Source of the DNA: Candidatus Altiarchaeales archaeon
GTDB lineage: Archaea > Altiarchaeota > Altiarchaeia > IMC4 > QMZM01
Direction of reading: 5' to 3'
DNA length: 59,420 bases
Assembly (NCBI GenBank): GCA_023252215.1
Contig: JAHEXG010000004.1
Coordinates: forward strand, 1 to 59,420
Part shown: in pieces, positions 58,359 through 59,420 of the stretch
Layout: each line of letters opens with the position of its first letter
Numbering within the stretch: the stretch's first letter is position 1
Notes under the pieces: generated by a model
What the model was told of the DNA's origin: nothing
Databases searched by the model: none
Seen by the model: only the letters and a program-made list of their open reading frames with translations
Made by a program: the position numbers and the translations under genes

Positions 58359-59420
58359 TTATATACCGTCTACGTCAGAGGATTTGAGCTCTTTTATCAG
58401 GTTTTCGGCGGTTTTCTCGCCCAGCAGGGATGCGAGTTTTTCTTTCGGCGCCTTCCGCAGCTCGGATGGTTTCCTGAATCCCGCCGCTACAAGCTTTCTT
58501 GCCCTCACCCGGCCTATGCCGTGTATGGATACAAGCGCTATAAGCTCTTCTTTTACTCCGTGCTTTAAGCGGGTCTCCAGCTTGCGCATCTCTTTTTCGG
58601 ACGCTTTCAGGCCTGTGATATCGCATAGTTCGGCAGCGGAATATGCGAGCCATCCGGCTATCTGCAGTTTCTGGTTGAGTATCCCCGGCGCGACCTTGTA
58701 TTGTTCTAGTATCTCTTCTTCGGACAATTCGTTTATCCATGCCGAAAACAGGGCTGCGGTCTTGTATCTTTCCAGGAAATCCACGTCTATGTCAAAGCCG
58801 CCAAGGTCCCTGAAAAGCTCGTCAGAGTTTTTATAAGCAAGAGCCCAGAGAGCGGGTTCCTCGGTCCTCTTAAGATATAGGAGGGGCATCTCCGCGGAAT
58901 CGCAGAGCAATTCCAGTAGTCCGAGGACTGGGAACTTCTTTTTGGACTCCGCAGTCTCCAGGATGGCCAGATACGTGTATGCAGTCTTTGGGTCTATGTA
59001 TAACTCCGACACCCTGCGCCCCAGTTCCGTGGGCACTAGGAAGCGGCCCTCCTTTTTTATGAAACCCCAGTCAAACAGGTTATCCACTATCCGGTCCACA
59101 AGGGACTCGAAGCCCGCCAGGCCATACTGGTATCCGAAAAACGTGGACCTGAAGAAATCAAGAATCGCCTCCCTGGTCCGGGTGAAATCCGAAGCGACCG
59201 CGGCCAGCATATGGAAACGCAGGACCGGCTCCACGCCCAGCTTGGAAGTAATAGGCTCGACCACTCCGTTGACGTATTTTTCAGTGATGAATTCTTTCTC
59301 GGATTCAGAGCCTGCGATGCCTACTGCGTACCCGGTTTTGTCGTATTTGGGCCTGCCCGCTCTACCAGCCTGCTGCTTATACTCCATGACTGATATGTAG
59401 GCCATGTCTCCGTCTTCGAA
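58359..59420 (-). CDS. hel308: Ski2-like helicase Hel308 (C-terminal part; start lies outside the window)
   Basis: QQAGRAGRPKYD (motif VI), TELGRRVSELYIDP, GVKEEL..L..I.GIGRVRARKL. Confidence 0.92.
   Translation of the reverse strand, partial: FEDGDMAYISVMEYKQQAGRAGRPKYDKTGYAVGIAGSESEKEFITEKYVNGVVEPITSKLGVEPVLRFHMLAAVASDFTRTREAILDFFRSTFFGYQYGLAGFESLVDRIVDNLFDWGFIKKEGRFLVPTELGRRVSELYIDPKTAYTYLAILETAESKKKFPVLGLLELLCDSAEMPLLYLKRTEEPALWALAYKNSDELFRDLGGFDIDVDFLERYKTAALFSAWINELSEEEILEQYKVAPGILNQKLQIAGWLAYSAAELCDITGLKASEKEMRKLETRLKHGVKEELIALVSIHGIGRVRARKLVAAGFRKPSELRKAPKEKLASLLGEKTAENLIKELKSSDVDGI

Noticed and set aside
1-59420. Integrase, transposase, provirus or inteins
   Set aside because: No such motifs were found; rpoB, rfcS, ileS and leuS have normal lengths without intein signatures.

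Overview
Archaeal chromosomal segment, mostly core housekeeping genes. Information processing: rpoH-rpoB(unsplit)-rpoA', rfcS, ileS, rpl21e-rpoF-DUF655, NusA-like, histone, PAC2, EndoQ, psmB-aCPSF1, leuS, dph5, NcsA/TtuA, Hel308. Archaeal lipid and cofactor genes: GGGP synthase, CarS, PPS. Amino acid and pyrimidine biosynthesis: argG, argH, pyrBI, asd, aroC. The window also holds two tRNAs (Ser-GGA, Arg-TCG) and a large S-layer-type protein. Gene content and the S-layer leader suggest a metabolically capable DPANN-related lineage such as Altiarchaeota (inference only). Two AT-richer accessory islets lie at about 4.9-9.3 kb (Zn-finger/PA14 surface protein, YidD-like gene, degenerate RelE with two RHH antitoxins) and about 35.4-37.7 kb. 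The most unusual signals are: (1) three perfect 53-bp tandem repeats directly upstream of tRNA-Ser, each starting with the tRNA's first 11 nt and folding into an acceptor-stem-like hairpin; (2) a membrane-anchored wHTH regulator next to the S-layer gene, with GGAC/GTCC sites just upstream of the S-layer TATA box; (3) a duplicated promoter-plus-Zn-finger module; (4) a patchwork G+T versus A+C strand bias that overrides gene orientation. All family calls come from motif recognition by eye; no database search was run.
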